Part shown: one piece after another, positions 1 through 9,553 of the stretch | Numbering within the stretch: the stretch's first letter is position 1 | How the letters are laid out: each line of letters opens with the position of its first letter | NCBI GenBank assembly: GCA_963771075.1 | Contig: CAVYSE010000011.1 | Location: forward strand, 224,001-288,000 | Direction: 5' to 3' | DNA length: 64,000 nucleotides | Source: a candidate division FCPU426 bacterium | GTDB lineage: Bacteria; Oederibacteriota; Muellerivitia; Muellerivitales; Muellerivitaceae | Program-made: the position numbers and the translations under genes | Notes under the pieces: model-generated | What the model saw: the letters and a program-made list of their open reading frames with translations, nothing else | Databases searched by the model: none | What the model was told of the DNA's origin: nothing

Positions 1-438
1 GAGCTTCGCCATTTCGGCCCATCCTTCCTCGATATCCCCGTCCGGGTTGGGCCAGTGGATCTGCCAGAGGTCCAGGGCTTCCACTCCCAGCCGGCGAAGG
101 CTGTTTTCGCATTCACGGCGGATGGAATCGGCCTTGAGGCTGTTGTAGATGACCCGGTCATCTCCCCAGACGAGGGAGTTCTTGGTGAAGACATAGGGTT
201 TAGGAGAGAGGCCTTTCAGGGCCTTTCCCACGATCTCTTCCGAATGACCCTTGCCGTAAGCGGGGGCGGTGTCGATCCAGTTGATCCCTAAATCCATGGC
301 CTTGTGGATGGCGGCGATGGAATCCCGGTCGTCCTGCGGGCCCCAGTTCCAATTGCCGTCCGGGCCGCCGATGGCCCAGGTACCGATGCCGATGGGGGTG
401 ATGGGAAGATCCGAGTTTCCGAGCAGGCGGGTTTCCAT
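1..438 (-). CDS. Aldo/keto reductase (runs off the window edge)
   Basis: Manual translation from ATG 438: METRLLGNSDLPITPIGIGTWAIGG...GINWIDTAPAYGKGHSEEIVG...VFTK...SLRRLGVEALDLWQIHWP, with the AKR motifs DTAxxYG, K and IHWP. Confidence 0.92.
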   Translation of the reverse strand, partial: METRLLGNSDLPITPIGIGTWAIGGPDGNWNWGPQDDRDSIAAIHKAMDLGINWIDTAPAYGKGHSEEIVGKALKGLSPKPYVFTKNSLVWGDDRVIYNSLKADSIRRECENSLRRLGVEALDLWQIHWPNPDGDIEEGWAEMAKL

Positions 439-680
439 GGAAAGCTCCTTCGCGAGATGAAAGGGGGATGTAATCGGAAGGCATTTAAAACCCCGAACCC
501 CGGACCGGCAACTGGATAATCGTGAAAGCGTTATTTCAAAGGCACAACGAAGGAAGGCGTAAGGGGACAGAATAAACCCGGACAATGGGTTTAAGATTCC
601 TTGAATTTAGAAAGGTTTTCTCTGTGCCTCTGTGGCCGCCAAAGGCGGCCTGTGGTGAAATTAGGTTTTGTTATAGTCGC

Positions 681-2342
681 TTAGTTGGTGAGAACCATTA
701 ATTTTCCGCTTAACAGCTGCTGGTCTCCGGATCGGACCACGTAAAAATAGATACCTGGCGAAACAAACGCCCCATTGCGGTTTCGGCCATACCAAAGGGC
801 GATGCCGTTCGTCTCCGGGATCTCAACGACCATCTCTCCGCTGACGGTATAGATGGCGATGCTGGAACCCGCGGGCATGAAATAAGCTTTCATCACCCCT
901 CCCACCGAGCGGTTCGGGTTGAAGGGATTGGGCCAGACCAGGAGAGGTGGGACGGGGGTCAGGGTAATCGTGGGCGTCAGGGTGACGGTCGGGGTCAGGG
1001 TAATGGTCGGGGTCAAGGTGGGAGTAAAGGTTTGCGTGGGTGTCATGGTTTGAGTCGGCGTGAAAGTGGCTGTCCAGGTTGGCGTCGAGGTGGGGGTGAA
1101 AGTGGCCGTCCAGGTTGGGGTAAAGGTTTGGGAGGGGGTCAGGGTTGGAGTCGGCGTCAGGGTAACAGTTAGGGTCAGGGTGATCGTGGGAGAGGGTGTG
1201 ATGGTAGGGGATAGGGTCGGGGTACCGGTTACCGTAACGGTGGGCGAAGGGCCATAATTGAATATGCTGACCACGTTGCTGCTCACCGCGCTGACGCCAT
1301 TGGCCGCGACGGCGGCGGTGTTGGAAATATAAGAACCGATCAGGGAATTCACCGTAACGGGGAAACAAACCTGCACAGGCGTGGGGGAGGTGGTCATGCT
1401 GATATTGGGAATGTTGAAATAAACGTTGTTGCCCGAAATGCTTTCCCCGGCCGAACCTCCCGGCACTGGCCCCAGCCCGGGGGGCAGGGGGTCCTGGATG
1501 AGTACATTGGTGAGATTCACTACCGAAGTGCCCAGGGCAGTCATGAAACTGGACCAATCGGAGCTGGTAAGGCTCAGCCAGGTTCCACCTGTCTCCGTGA
1601 CAATCGACACGGGGTTGCAGTTCGTGCAGGCCAGGCCCGAATCCGTGCAAGCAGGGTTTGGGACGCCGCAATTATTCGTGATACCGTCGATGGTGAACCC
1701 GTTCGCGTAAAGGGATTCGGGAAAGGTGAAGATGGAAAGGGTGCTGAGACCGTCGTATTCCAACGAATGGGTTCCCGCGTCGGTGATGAGGATGATCGTG
1801 TGGGAGGCGCCAGGCCGCCAAGCCATAGGTACCGTAGGTTCACCGCAGTAATCGGTGGCGGTAACCGCCGCTTGGATGCCTTCCAAACTCGATTCGGGGA
1901 AGTCGTATCCCCCTCCCGCGGTCTGGGCGCTCACATAAGAAATAAAAGTCGCGTTGTTGGGGGTCAAGGGATAGGTCGCTATATCCGGATTGGGGCTGTA
2001 GCTGCCGCAATAAGCGACATCCCGGAAAGCCACGAGTCCGTTCTGGTAATTGATCCCGGAAGAGGCCAGCGTGTTGGTGAAGGTCGTGATATTGGTTTCA
2101 ATGGCGTTCATTTCGGGTTCCATGGACCCGGTCACGTCCAATACCCAACAGATGTCCGCTTCCGGCGCTTCACTGGCGCTGAGGGTCAGGCAAACCGTGA
2201 CCGTGTCGCCGTAGCTTACCGTGGAAGGCTGCATGCTCTTGGAAATGACGAGGTTTTGGCAAAGGGCTTGGCCCGCGAAAATCCAAAGGAAGACCGGCAA
2301 GAACCGCCGACATAATAAACGGCGAATAAGGTTTAATTTCAT
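681..2342 (-). CDS. Secreted VWA-domain protein with DUF11-like fold, ~100 aa Thr-rich linker and C-terminal FlgD/T9SS-like domain
   Basis: Signal peptide; MIDAS-like DVTGSM and TDA; TPT repeats; C-terminus VWPNPFNP...IYTVSGE...WYGRN...PGIYFYVV...GKLMVLTN. Confidence 0.85.
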   Translation of the reverse strand: MKLNLIRRLLCRRFLPVFLWIFAGQALCQNLVISKSMQPSTVSYGDTVTVCLTLSASEAPEADICWVLDVTGSMEPEMNAIETNITTFTNTLASSGINYQNGLVAFRDVAYCGSYSPNPDIATYPLTPNNATFISYVSAQTAGGGYDFPESSLEGIQAAVTATDYCGEPTVPMAWRPGASHTIILITDAGTHSLEYDGLSTLSIFTFPESLYANGFTIDGITNNCGVPNPACTDSGLACTNCNPVSIVTETGGTWLSLTSSDWSSFMTALGTSVVNLTNVLIQDPLPPGLGPVPGGSAGESISGNNVYFNIPNISMTTSPTPVQVCFPVTVNSLIGSYISNTAAVAANGVSAVSSNVVSIFNYGPSPTVTVTGTPTLSPTITPSPTITLTLTVTLTPTPTLTPSQTFTPTWTATFTPTSTPTWTATFTPTQTMTPTQTFTPTLTPTITLTPTVTLTPTITLTPVPPLLVWPNPFNPNRSVGGVMKAYFMPAGSSIAIYTVSGEMVVEIPETNGIALWYGRNRNGAFVSPGIYFYVVRSGDQQLLSGKLMVLTN

Positions 2343-2458
2343 TCCCAAACTCTTCTTAGGATAAGGTCAAAAATGAGGTTGATTCGGGTGCGTGTCGAAT
2401 AACACCCTAAGTTTACAACGGTTTTAGTTGAATTTCCGCTTCCTTCTCCGAACTCTTT

Positions 2459-3253
2459 TTAAAGTCGCCCGCCGATAGGCCTCTTTTCGACCAAAATGGA
2501 ACGCAGGGTGTCCACTACTTCCAGGGGGGTGACGGGTTTGGGCAGAAGCAGCAAATAGGGATCGTGGTTCAGTTTCTCCCGGAGTTCCTTCGGATTGTCA
2601 TCCGATAGGCCGACCACGGGCCGATGCCGCCAAGCCGCTTGGCGGCGAAGGGATTGGAAAAACACTTCGCGGGGATTGTCCGTCATATCCATGTCCCAAA
2701 CCACCACATCCGCCGCCTGGTACATGATTTCGGAGTAAGCCTGCTTCTCGTCTCCCGCTTCCCGAATCCCCCAGTGGAGATTTTGGCGTTCGATCTCACC
2801 GCGGATGAAATAACGGGTGGTCGCCGAATCCAGTATGAGAAGGATGTTTTTATCGGGCTTGGGAATGTCCCTTTCCCTGGCATCCGTGTGGAGAAAGGCG
2901 CCTTTTTTCCGGGAGATCCACTCGATCAATTCGGGGCGGTTTTGCTTGGGGATCACGGCCTTCACCCCGGTTCGGTTCAGGAAAAGCGGGATGCTGACCA
3001 GGGGGTGGTCGGAATAAAGAAAAACCGGTTTTTGGGTGGCGGCCAGGGATTGAAGCATGGCCTCGCCCACCTGGCCCGCCATGGGCCATTCGGTCACCAG
3101 GATGTCCACCGGAACGCTTTTCAACGCGCCCTGGGCCTGCATGATGTTGTCCACCTCCACCACCTTGTAACCCAAGGCTTCCAAGTGGATGGCCAAAAGC
3201 GCCCGGGCGTCGCTGGGCTCGTCCATGAGCAGGATCGTTTCGGGCTTTTCCAT
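2459..3253 (-). CDS. Response regulator with two receiver domains and no output domain
   Basis: REC1: ILLMDE...DILVTEWPM...IPK. REC2: NILLILDS...DVVVWDMDM...LPKP. Confidence 0.8.
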   Translation of the reverse strand: MEKPETILLMDEPSDARALLAIHLEALGYKVVEVDNIMQAQGALKSVPVDILVTEWPMAGQVGEAMLQSLAATQKPVFLYSDHPLVSIPLFLNRTGVKAVIPKQNRPELIEWISRKKGAFLHTDARERDIPKPDKNILLILDSATTRYFIRGEIERQNLHWGIREAGDEKQAYSEIMYQAADVVVWDMDMTDNPREVFFQSLRRQAAWRHRPVVGLSDDNPKELREKLNHDPYLLLLPKPVTPLEVVDTLRSILVEKRPIGGRL

Positions 3254-3588
3254 CAGGCCTCTTCCAAGGGATTCGATTCTCTTTCATGACAGTACACCGG
3301 GGTTGCCGGGGATACAATGAAGTATGGCGGCAGGACGGTTCCTTTTTGGGAATGGGGTGGAAAACCTTAAACCTACTAAGGATAGGCCATGATAGCGTGT
3401 TTCTTAAAGGTCTTTTGTCTCATTAGATCAAAAGAATTTTATTAATGGTGACCATGAGTTTTTTGATTAAAAACCGTGAACAAAGGAAAAGGGGGGATTG
3501 GAGATTTGTGAAAGCGGGTTATGAAACCCTACCCTAAAAGATTTATTCGGATGGGACGCTATCGATCGGGATTAAGCGAAACCGGGTA

Positions 3589-3879
3589 TTAGTTGGACAC
3601 CCAACCGATCTTCAGCGTGGGGGCGTGAGTCGAAAGGCAAGGCATTCCGCATTTTTCGGTCGTGAGGCATTGGGTCACTTCTAAATCCCACGAGCTGGTT
3701 TTGGAATTGAGTACCACCTTGCCCTCGATAGGAACGAAGTGATTGATCAAATAGCAGTGCCAGTCGCCATGGTAAAGGTCGTTCAAAGTGTTCATTTCGT
3801 CGTGGGTCAGGTGAAGCGGGTTGTAAGCCGGGGGGATATCCGCTGGGGAGGGAAGAAATTCTTCATTCAAGTCGCGCAT
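3589..3879 (-). CDS. Hypothetical protein
   Basis: ~96 aa ORF in the AT-rich islet with no recognised motif; start uncertain. Confidence 0.4.
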   Translation of the reverse strand: MRDLNEEFLPSPADIPPAYNPLHLTHDEMNTLNDLYHGDWHCYLINHFVPIEGKVVLNSKTSSWDLEVTQCLTTEKCGMPCLSTHAPTLKIGWVSN

Positions 3880-4227
3880 GTTTCTGCTTTCAGGCAAAAA
3901 TTATTTTCGCAACTAATGAGAAAAGAATACCGCCGGCGTAAAGATCGGGCAACTTTGTCGAAATTTTTTTAAAAGAATTAACCGCGTATTATCAAGGCCT
4001 TTTGGGTAATTATTACCCGCCCTTTGGTTAATGTTGAACCAGTCCCTCGAAATCCATGGGTTAGGGTCCTTTTGCCTCAAACCCAAAACCAAGGAACCGG
4101 CGGTTCCTTTTGTGTCCAAACCCTTATTTCCCGTCATAGGCCCGCTTTAATCTTTTGACGTCCAACTTTTTCATGTTGAGAAGCGCCCGCATAACCCGGC
4201 CCGACCGTTGAGAGTCCTTGTCCTGCA

Positions 4228-4557
4228 TCATCTTTCCCAGGCCATCGGGAACCAGTTGAAGCTTTCAAAAACCCCATATTCTCTATTACCCCAGGTTTTA
4301 TAAGCGTAAAAAAGCCATTTAACCTTTTCTCCGTCCTTGAGGGCATAATCAAACCCCATTCGGTAAAAGCCCGGTTCCATTCCGCGTGCTAAGTCTGTCC
4401 TTATCTCAATATTTCTGTCGTATCGCATTGAGCATGCAGGGTCGTTGTAATAAATGAAAATGCAATCCATACCATCCATGATTTCCTAATTATGAAAATA
4501 TTCGTGAGGAAACAACATTGGATCAATGGTGGGTAGTGAGTTATTAAAAAAGCCCAT
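4228..4557 (-). pseudogene. Paralog of 4692..5078, interrupted by an in-frame TAG at 4486-4488
   Basis: SD GAGGG upstream of ATG 4557. Translation MGFFNNSLPTIDPMLFPHEYFHN*EIMDGMDCIFIYYND...GMEPGFY...FDYA aligns with the neighbour on both sides of the stop. Confidence 0.65.
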
Positions 4558-4658
4558 TAAGTCCCTCGTGCAATGAAATCGGCATGCTTCGATTTTAACT
4601 AGTTGGCTGGGATTGTCTAGATTCTGATATTAAGGCCTGAAAATTGGGCTTGGGACAA

Positions 4659-4687
4659 TTGTCAGGGGAAAGCTTTCCCCCTGACAA
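4659..4687 (-). terminator. Hairpin / probable intrinsic terminator
   Basis: TTGTCAGGGGAAAGCTTTCCCCCTGACAA inverted repeat right after the stop at 4692. Confidence 0.55.
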
Positions 4688-4691
4688 GAAA

Positions 4692-5078
4692 TTACGCGGA
4701 CCAGATAAATAGGTGCTTTGGTATTTCTCTGGGGTCCCTGACCCAAGGATGATTCACTCCCGAAAAAATTCCAAACTCCATTTTATTGTGATCGTGGTAA
4801 GCGTGCAAAAGCGAATTAGGATCACCATTTGATTCAACGGCATAATCAAAATATGGCAGGTAGAATCCAGGTAACATTCCCGAGCTTAAATTCGCTTTGA
4901 CCTCGATTCTTCGCTTATAGGAAATCTGGCTCCGGGAAAAAAAGTCGTTACCTTTTTTTACATAGTCCCGGTAATAAACAAAAATAGTGTCTTCCCCCAA
5001 GGGATTTTGGAAACGGTTGAAATATCCGACCGGATTTCCTTTTGGATGTAACACTAACGAAGATAGATCGATTACCAT
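4692..5078 (-). CDS. Hypothetical protein (orphan family, IFVYY/GMLPGFY/FDYA motifs)
   Basis: 128 aa ORF, SD-like AAGGGGGG upstream, followed by a hairpin; paralogous to 4228..4557. Confidence 0.7.
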   Translation of the reverse strand: MVIDLSSLVLHPKGNPVGYFNRFQNPLGEDTIFVYYRDYVKKGNDFFSRSQISYKRRIEVKANLSSGMLPGFYLPYFDYAVESNGDPNSLLHAYHDHNKMEFGIFSGVNHPWVRDPREIPKHLFIWSA

Positions 5079-5381
5079 TTGCCCCCCCTTGGAACATTAA
5101 CCAATGAATTTTAATTTAGAAGGGCACAACATTCAGCCAATTTTAGTACAAGGGGTTTGGGCCAAGCCCCAGGAGAAAGGGGTGTGCCGAGGATCGCAAA
5201 AGGCAGCCGAGGCCAGGGGGAAGGCTTTCCCCCACAAAAAGCAATTCAGGATGGATTTATTAAAAAAGTAGCGTTTGCAAATTCTCCCCTTAAGTGAGCT
5301 TTTCTGCAAACGTCGCTTTAAGGGGTTAAAGTCCGATCTTCCAATAAAGTCGCAGGGATGAGTAAAAAGGAGGTTATAAAC

Positions 5382-5422
5382 CGGTCGCAAATCCTTACAC
5401 TTATCGTTATAATCTGCAACCG
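5382..5422 (+). promoter_or_regulatory. Putative AbiEi operator (imperfect inverted repeat) overlapping a -10 TATAAT at 5408-5413
   Basis: CGGTCGCAAAT (5382-5392) versus ATCTGCAACCG (5412-5422) are 9/11 complementary and lie directly before ATG 5425. AbiEi proteins autorepress through promoter inverted repeats. Confidence 0.6.
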
Positions 5423-5424
5423 TA

Positions 5425-6231
5425 ATGAAAACACGAAAATACCCTTTTGCGGGGCAATATATCGAAGACCTTTTGGGCCATGGACGTTATACGTTCCAAA
5501 GGGCTGAAGCCCAGCAAAGCCTTAAAACGGCCCCCGCAACCACTTACATGGCCCTTCACCGCCTAGTCAAGTCGGGCCGCCTCATAATGCCCCGGTCTGG
5601 TTTTTATGTGATCGTGGACCCACAGCACCGTTCCATCGGAACCTTGCCCCCTGAATGGTTGATTAACGACCTCATGAAAAACATGGGCAAGCCCTATTAT
5701 GTAGGGCTTCTCTCGGCGGCCCAACTTTACGGTGCCGCCCATCATCAACCAATGGAATTCCAAGTGATGATCCCTACGCGCTCAATCAGGCCGGTAAAAA
5801 CAGGTAATTATTGGATAAGGTTTTTTGGGAAAGGCCCCTTTGATTGCTCTGATATAACTGATGTTAAAACTCCTACGGGATATCAGAAAGTCTCGACGCC
5901 TGAAACAACCGCTTGGGATTTGGTTCGATATTCCAGTTCGGCGGCGGGGATGGACAACGTCATAACGGTTATCTCTGAACTATCGGAAAAACTGGACCCC
6001 AAAAAATTACTTGCGACCGTAAAGCGTCATAACGACATTCTCACGGCGCAACGCCTTGGATGGTTGCTGGAACGTGCCGGGGCTAAGAGACTTTGCGCTG
6101 GATTGGTTGATTTGATAGGGAAGAAAAATCCGCCTTTACGCCCCCTTCACCCAAAACTTCCGGTAGAAAAAGCGCGCGAAAATCAAAAATGGCATTTATT
6201 GGTGAACGCCAAGCTGGAACCTGAAGCATGA
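5425..6231 (+). CDS. abiEi: Type IV toxin-antitoxin system AbiEi-family antitoxin
   Basis: N-terminal wHTH; YYVGLLSAAQLYGAAHHQP; STPETTAWDL; QRLGWLLE. ATGA overlap with the toxin gene. Confidence 0.9.
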   Translation: MKTRKYPFAGQYIEDLLGHGRYTFQRAEAQQSLKTAPATTYMALHRLVKSGRLIMPRSGFYVIVDPQHRSIGTLPPEWLINDLMKNMGKPYYVGLLSAAQLYGAAHHQPMEFQVMIPTRSIRPVKTGNYWIRFFGKGPFDCSDITDVKTPTGYQKVSTPETTAWDLVRYSSSAAGMDNVITVISELSEKLDPKKLLATVKRHNDILTAQRLGWLLERAGAKRLCAGLVDLIGKKNPPLRPLHPKLPVEKARENQKWHLLVNAKLEPEA

Positions 6232-7016
6232 TTCCTCAAAATTTCATCACGAATTGGAGGAATACCGCCCCTTGGTTCCTAGACTCCCAAGTGGAACAAG
6301 ACCTCATTTTGAGCCGCGCTTTAGTCGAAATATTCCAGGATGGTACGGTTTCCAATAGTTTGGTTTTGAGAGGGGGAACGGCACTCCACAAGCTTTATGT
6401 GGACGAGCCTTTACGTTATTCAGAGGACATTGACCTTGTCCAACACACAGAAGGCCCCATTGGCCCCATCCTGGACGGGCTCCGTGCCCGCCTGGACCCT
6501 TTCCTGGGTAAACCCCGCCGGGAAAGAAATCCAGGAACCGTAACCCTTTTGTACCGCATGGAAACGGAATCTATGCCGGTGAAACCCCTTAAGCTTAAGG
6601 TGGAGATCAATAGTCGGGAGCATTTCGATGTATTTGGAGTCATTGAAAAGAAATTCGAGGTCAAATCACCTTGGTTTAGTGGGGAAGCCAACATCAAAAC
6701 CTATACCCTGGAAGAACTCTTAGGGACCAAATTAAGGGCGTTATACCAACGCCGAAAAGGCCGTGATCTTTTTGACCAATGGGTAGGGCTGGAAAAGAAA
6801 TCAACCCAACCGGCTAAGATTGTTGAAGCCTTTAAACATTACATGAAAGAGGGGAAGACGGAAGTAACTCAAAAAGAATTTAAGAGAAATCTCGAAGAGA
6901 AGATGGACATGGATTTATTTCATGGCGACCTGAAAGGCTTGTTAAAACCAACCGTCGAATATGATCCTGTAAAAGCTTCAAAAATCGTTTCTGACCGGCT
7001 CCTGGATTTGCTTTAA
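6228..7016 (+). CDS. abiEii: AbiEii/AbiGii nucleotidyltransferase toxin
   Basis: QVEQDL, LRGGTALHKLY, RYSEDIDL, KLRALYQRRKGRDLFD motifs. Confidence 0.93.
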   Translation: MIPQNFITNWRNTAPWFLDSQVEQDLILSRALVEIFQDGTVSNSLVLRGGTALHKLYVDEPLRYSEDIDLVQHTEGPIGPILDGLRARLDPFLGKPRRERNPGTVTLLYRMETESMPVKPLKLKVEINSREHFDVFGVIEKKFEVKSPWFSGEANIKTYTLEELLGTKLRALYQRRKGRDLFDQWVGLEKKSTQPAKIVEAFKHYMKEGKTEVTQKEFKRNLEEKMDMDLFHGDLKGLLKPTVEYDPVKASKIVSDRLLDLL

Positions 7017-7128
7017 ACATCCCTTTAATAACAGAAAATTCCAAGTTATTAATTTGCCAAACCTGGTCCCTGCGGTGTTCACCCGGAACGCTGGCCTTCA
7101 TGGACACGTTTGAATTTTTCTAATACAG

Positions 7129-8043
7129 TTAAACTATGGCGTTCACGGAAAATGTCTTTTCAATAAAATAATAACTAAACTTATCGTTAAAAGTGTCTTT
7201 AATAAGAACCCTCAAATTCTTTTCGTCTAAAATTATTTCATCGATGCCATTATCGTTCCCTGTGAAAATATCAAAAGTGTTTTTAGTCACATTATTTATA
7301 TTCAATTTTTCTTTGCGTAAAACCTTACGGTTTGTTTTATCTTCGGGATTCCCCACATAAAAAAACATTCCACCCGTTCCCATGCCGTTAATAAGATGGC
7401 TAGGTTGATTAACGAGCAAAAAACAAGCGTTCCCTTTCTTATCCAAATGCTCATAAATTTTCATTTTGTTTTTTATCGCACCATCGAAGTTATAGATTTC
7501 ATTGTTTTTAATGAGCCACTCTAAAATTTCATCTTTAGTATTATCGCGTTGGTCATCTAGCGGATTAATTTTTACATAAGAAGCAACAGTTGAGTTTAGA
7601 GTGTATGTGCGATGCTCTGAAGCCATAATTTTTTTAAATAGGTCAGACACTCCTTGAATGTCTGACCATTCTTGGAATTTTATTTGTTTATTCACAGTCG
7701 CAAAAAGTAAATCCCAAGAATCATTTGGCCCTTTACTGGAAATCTGCCCTGGTTTGGGGCCATAAAAACAGCTAACTATTTGCCCGAAACCCGTCAACGA
7801 ATCTTCGATAACTAAATTACAATCTTCGCCTGGTTTTTTGTGTTTCTTCGAAAACGCTGAATCGCTATAAACTTCTATTTTTCTATTCTTTAAATTTCCT
7901 AAATCCAATCCCAAACCATAAAAGGCACCGTGTCCGTAGACTGTTTTAATAACTAATCCAACTTGATCTAGTTCTTGCGAGAATAAGCTTCCGCCATTTA
8001 TAAATAAATAAAACATTAGTACTAAATTTATTTTTACTTTCAC
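7129..8043 (-). CDS. Hypothetical exported protein (very AT-rich gene)
   Basis: 304 aa ORF, GTG start with SD GAGG, signal-peptide-like N-terminus. Confidence 0.7.
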   Translation of the reverse strand: MKVKINLVLMFYLFINGGSLFSQELDQVGLVIKTVYGHGAFYGLGLDLGNLKNRKIEVYSDSAFSKKHKKPGEDCNLVIEDSLTGFGQIVSCFYGPKPGQISSKGPNDSWDLLFATVNKQIKFQEWSDIQGVSDLFKKIMASEHRTYTLNSTVASYVKINPLDDQRDNTKDEILEWLIKNNEIYNFDGAIKNKMKIYEHLDKKGNACFLLVNQPSHLINGMGTGGMFFYVGNPEDKTNRKVLRKEKLNINNVTKNTFDIFTGNDNGIDEIILDEKNLRVLIKDTFNDKFSYYFIEKTFSVNAIV

Positions 8044-8079
8044 TGATTCCTCTTTGCTTTTAAAATTTTAATGGCTGTA

Positions 8080-9201
8080 TCAGTTTATAAATTCCCACCA
8101 GTTTTCGGGTATTTTTACAGTTTTGTATGTGTGAAGAATATGTCCCGTGAAGGTATCCACCACATAGGACCAATCCTGATACTGTGGGGATGGACCCCAT
8201 TTATGGATGCATCCAATATGAATGAGTACTCTGTTGTCATCAGGTGAAAAAGCCTGTCCGTCGGATGATGTTTCACAACCCTTGGCATGGGCCATTTGGT
8301 TGTAATCTCGGTTGGTTTCCAAATCCATCGGCCATTCTTTCCCGCCCTTCAAAACATGCATTAAAAGGTTTCGGCAATCCGAGCAAGGTCCATTGTTAAT
8401 GAGTATTAAATCGCCCTTATGGTCCAGGATGGGTAGGATGCTTCGTCCATGGCGAAAATAAAGAAGAGGCTTGGCATCCCCCGGTCTTTGGATAAATTCG
8501 AACCTGCCTTTTTCCCCGCTTTTTTCATCTGTGGACAGGGTCAAAAAAAGACAGTTTTGGCGATTATCAAGGTTTATTCCGATCAAGTTGAGTTCTTGGG
8601 GGATCAGATCGTCGATGGAAAAAGGTTCACCCTTGGTCAACCAAAAATGCCAGGGCCGGATCATGGCGCTGATATAAAAATTCGGGCTTTTTTGAAAAAC
8701 CCCTTCCATCTTTTTTTGGCCATTGTCATACCATTCAGTCCATAAACCGGTTTCGTTTCCTTTGTCGAAGGAACCTTCGCTTTCCAATTGCCCGTTGCCG
8801 TACCAGGACTTCCAAACGCCGGTTTGCTTCCCATCCTCATATTGTCCTTTTTGCATTTTGTTACCCTTGCCATCCAAGGAAGCAAAGAGGCCGGATAATA
8901 GGTCGTTCTCGTAATTCTCAAGTTTATAGGGATGGCCATCCTGGTAATATTCGGTCCATTTCCCCATTTTCATTCCAGCGTGGAAGTTGCCCTTTTCTCG
9001 AATGGTTTTCCCATCGGGGTAGTAAAAGATCCACATGCCCTCTTTTAGGCCGGAAATGGTTTTCCCCTCCCATTCCTTCCGGTTTGTCCCCTTCCAGTTT
9101 TGGACGGAAAATCCGTTTTCCACCCCTTCGTTGCCATTCGCCCAAAGGGAGGTAATGGAACATGAACCGAGAACCATAAACATCAGGAGATATTTCATCA
9201 T
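8080..9201 (-). CDS. Exported MORN-variant repeat (YwqK-like) protein
   Basis: Signal peptide; repeats G.W..YY.DG / G.W..WY.NGQ...EG.F. Confidence 0.85.
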   Translation of the reverse strand: MMKYLLMFMVLGSCSITSLWANGNEGVENGFSVQNWKGTNRKEWEGKTISGLKEGMWIFYYPDGKTIREKGNFHAGMKMGKWTEYYQDGHPYKLENYENDLLSGLFASLDGKGNKMQKGQYEDGKQTGVWKSWYGNGQLESEGSFDKGNETGLWTEWYDNGQKKMEGVFQKSPNFYISAMIRPWHFWLTKGEPFSIDDLIPQELNLIGINLDNRQNCLFLTLSTDEKSGEKGRFEFIQRPGDAKPLLYFRHGRSILPILDHKGDLILINNGPCSDCRNLLMHVLKGGKEWPMDLETNRDYNQMAHAKGCETSSDGQAFSPDDNRVLIHIGCIHKWGPSPQYQDWSYVVDTFTGHILHTYKTVKIPENWWEFIN

Positions 9202-9313
9202 GGGGTTTTCCTTATTGTCTGAAGGCAATAAATTTCTTTGCGTTTCTTTTGTCCAATATGGGTACTTTGTTTTCCATTAATAAGCCCGATTTTACCCCTG
9301 AATGGTACGGGGA

Positions 9314-9462
9314 GTGTCTTTTGATAGACACGCAAAGACACCGGAATGACACGGGGGCACCACCCTTTCGCAATAAGTCGCAGGGGTGTGTCTTTGAAAA
9401 TCAAAGGGTTGTGTCTTAAAGAGTCGCAGGCCTTTTGTGTCTTATACGTGTCTTTGAGTGTC
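9314..9462. repeat. Symmetric GACAC/GTGTC repeat array with an IHF consensus site
   Basis: GACAC at 9327/9337/9348 mirrored by GTGTC at 9437/9448/9458; extra GTGTC at 9314, 9388, 9411; AATCAAAGGGTTG (WATCAANNNNTTR) at 9399-9411. Confidence 0.7.
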
Positions 9463-9509
9463 ATTGAAATCACTTTTTTGTCCTCACATGCCGTCAAAAT
9501 TCATCACCT

Positions 9510-9553
9510 AAAAAAAAGACCCCGCTCTCCAAAAATCGGAGGGCGGGGTCTTT
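9510..9553 (-). terminator. Intrinsic terminator downstream of tRNA-Asn
   Basis: GACCCCGCTCTCC/GGAGGGCGGGGTC stem with an A-run on + strand (U-run on the minus strand). Confidence 0.7.

Noticed and set aside
3589..9228. Integron cassette array (co-oriented orphans plus an inverted TA pair)
   Set aside because: A GTTTAAC overlaps the 7129 stop, but no matching GTTRRRY/attC structure was found; the 8043-8080 gap is too short and no intI gene is present.
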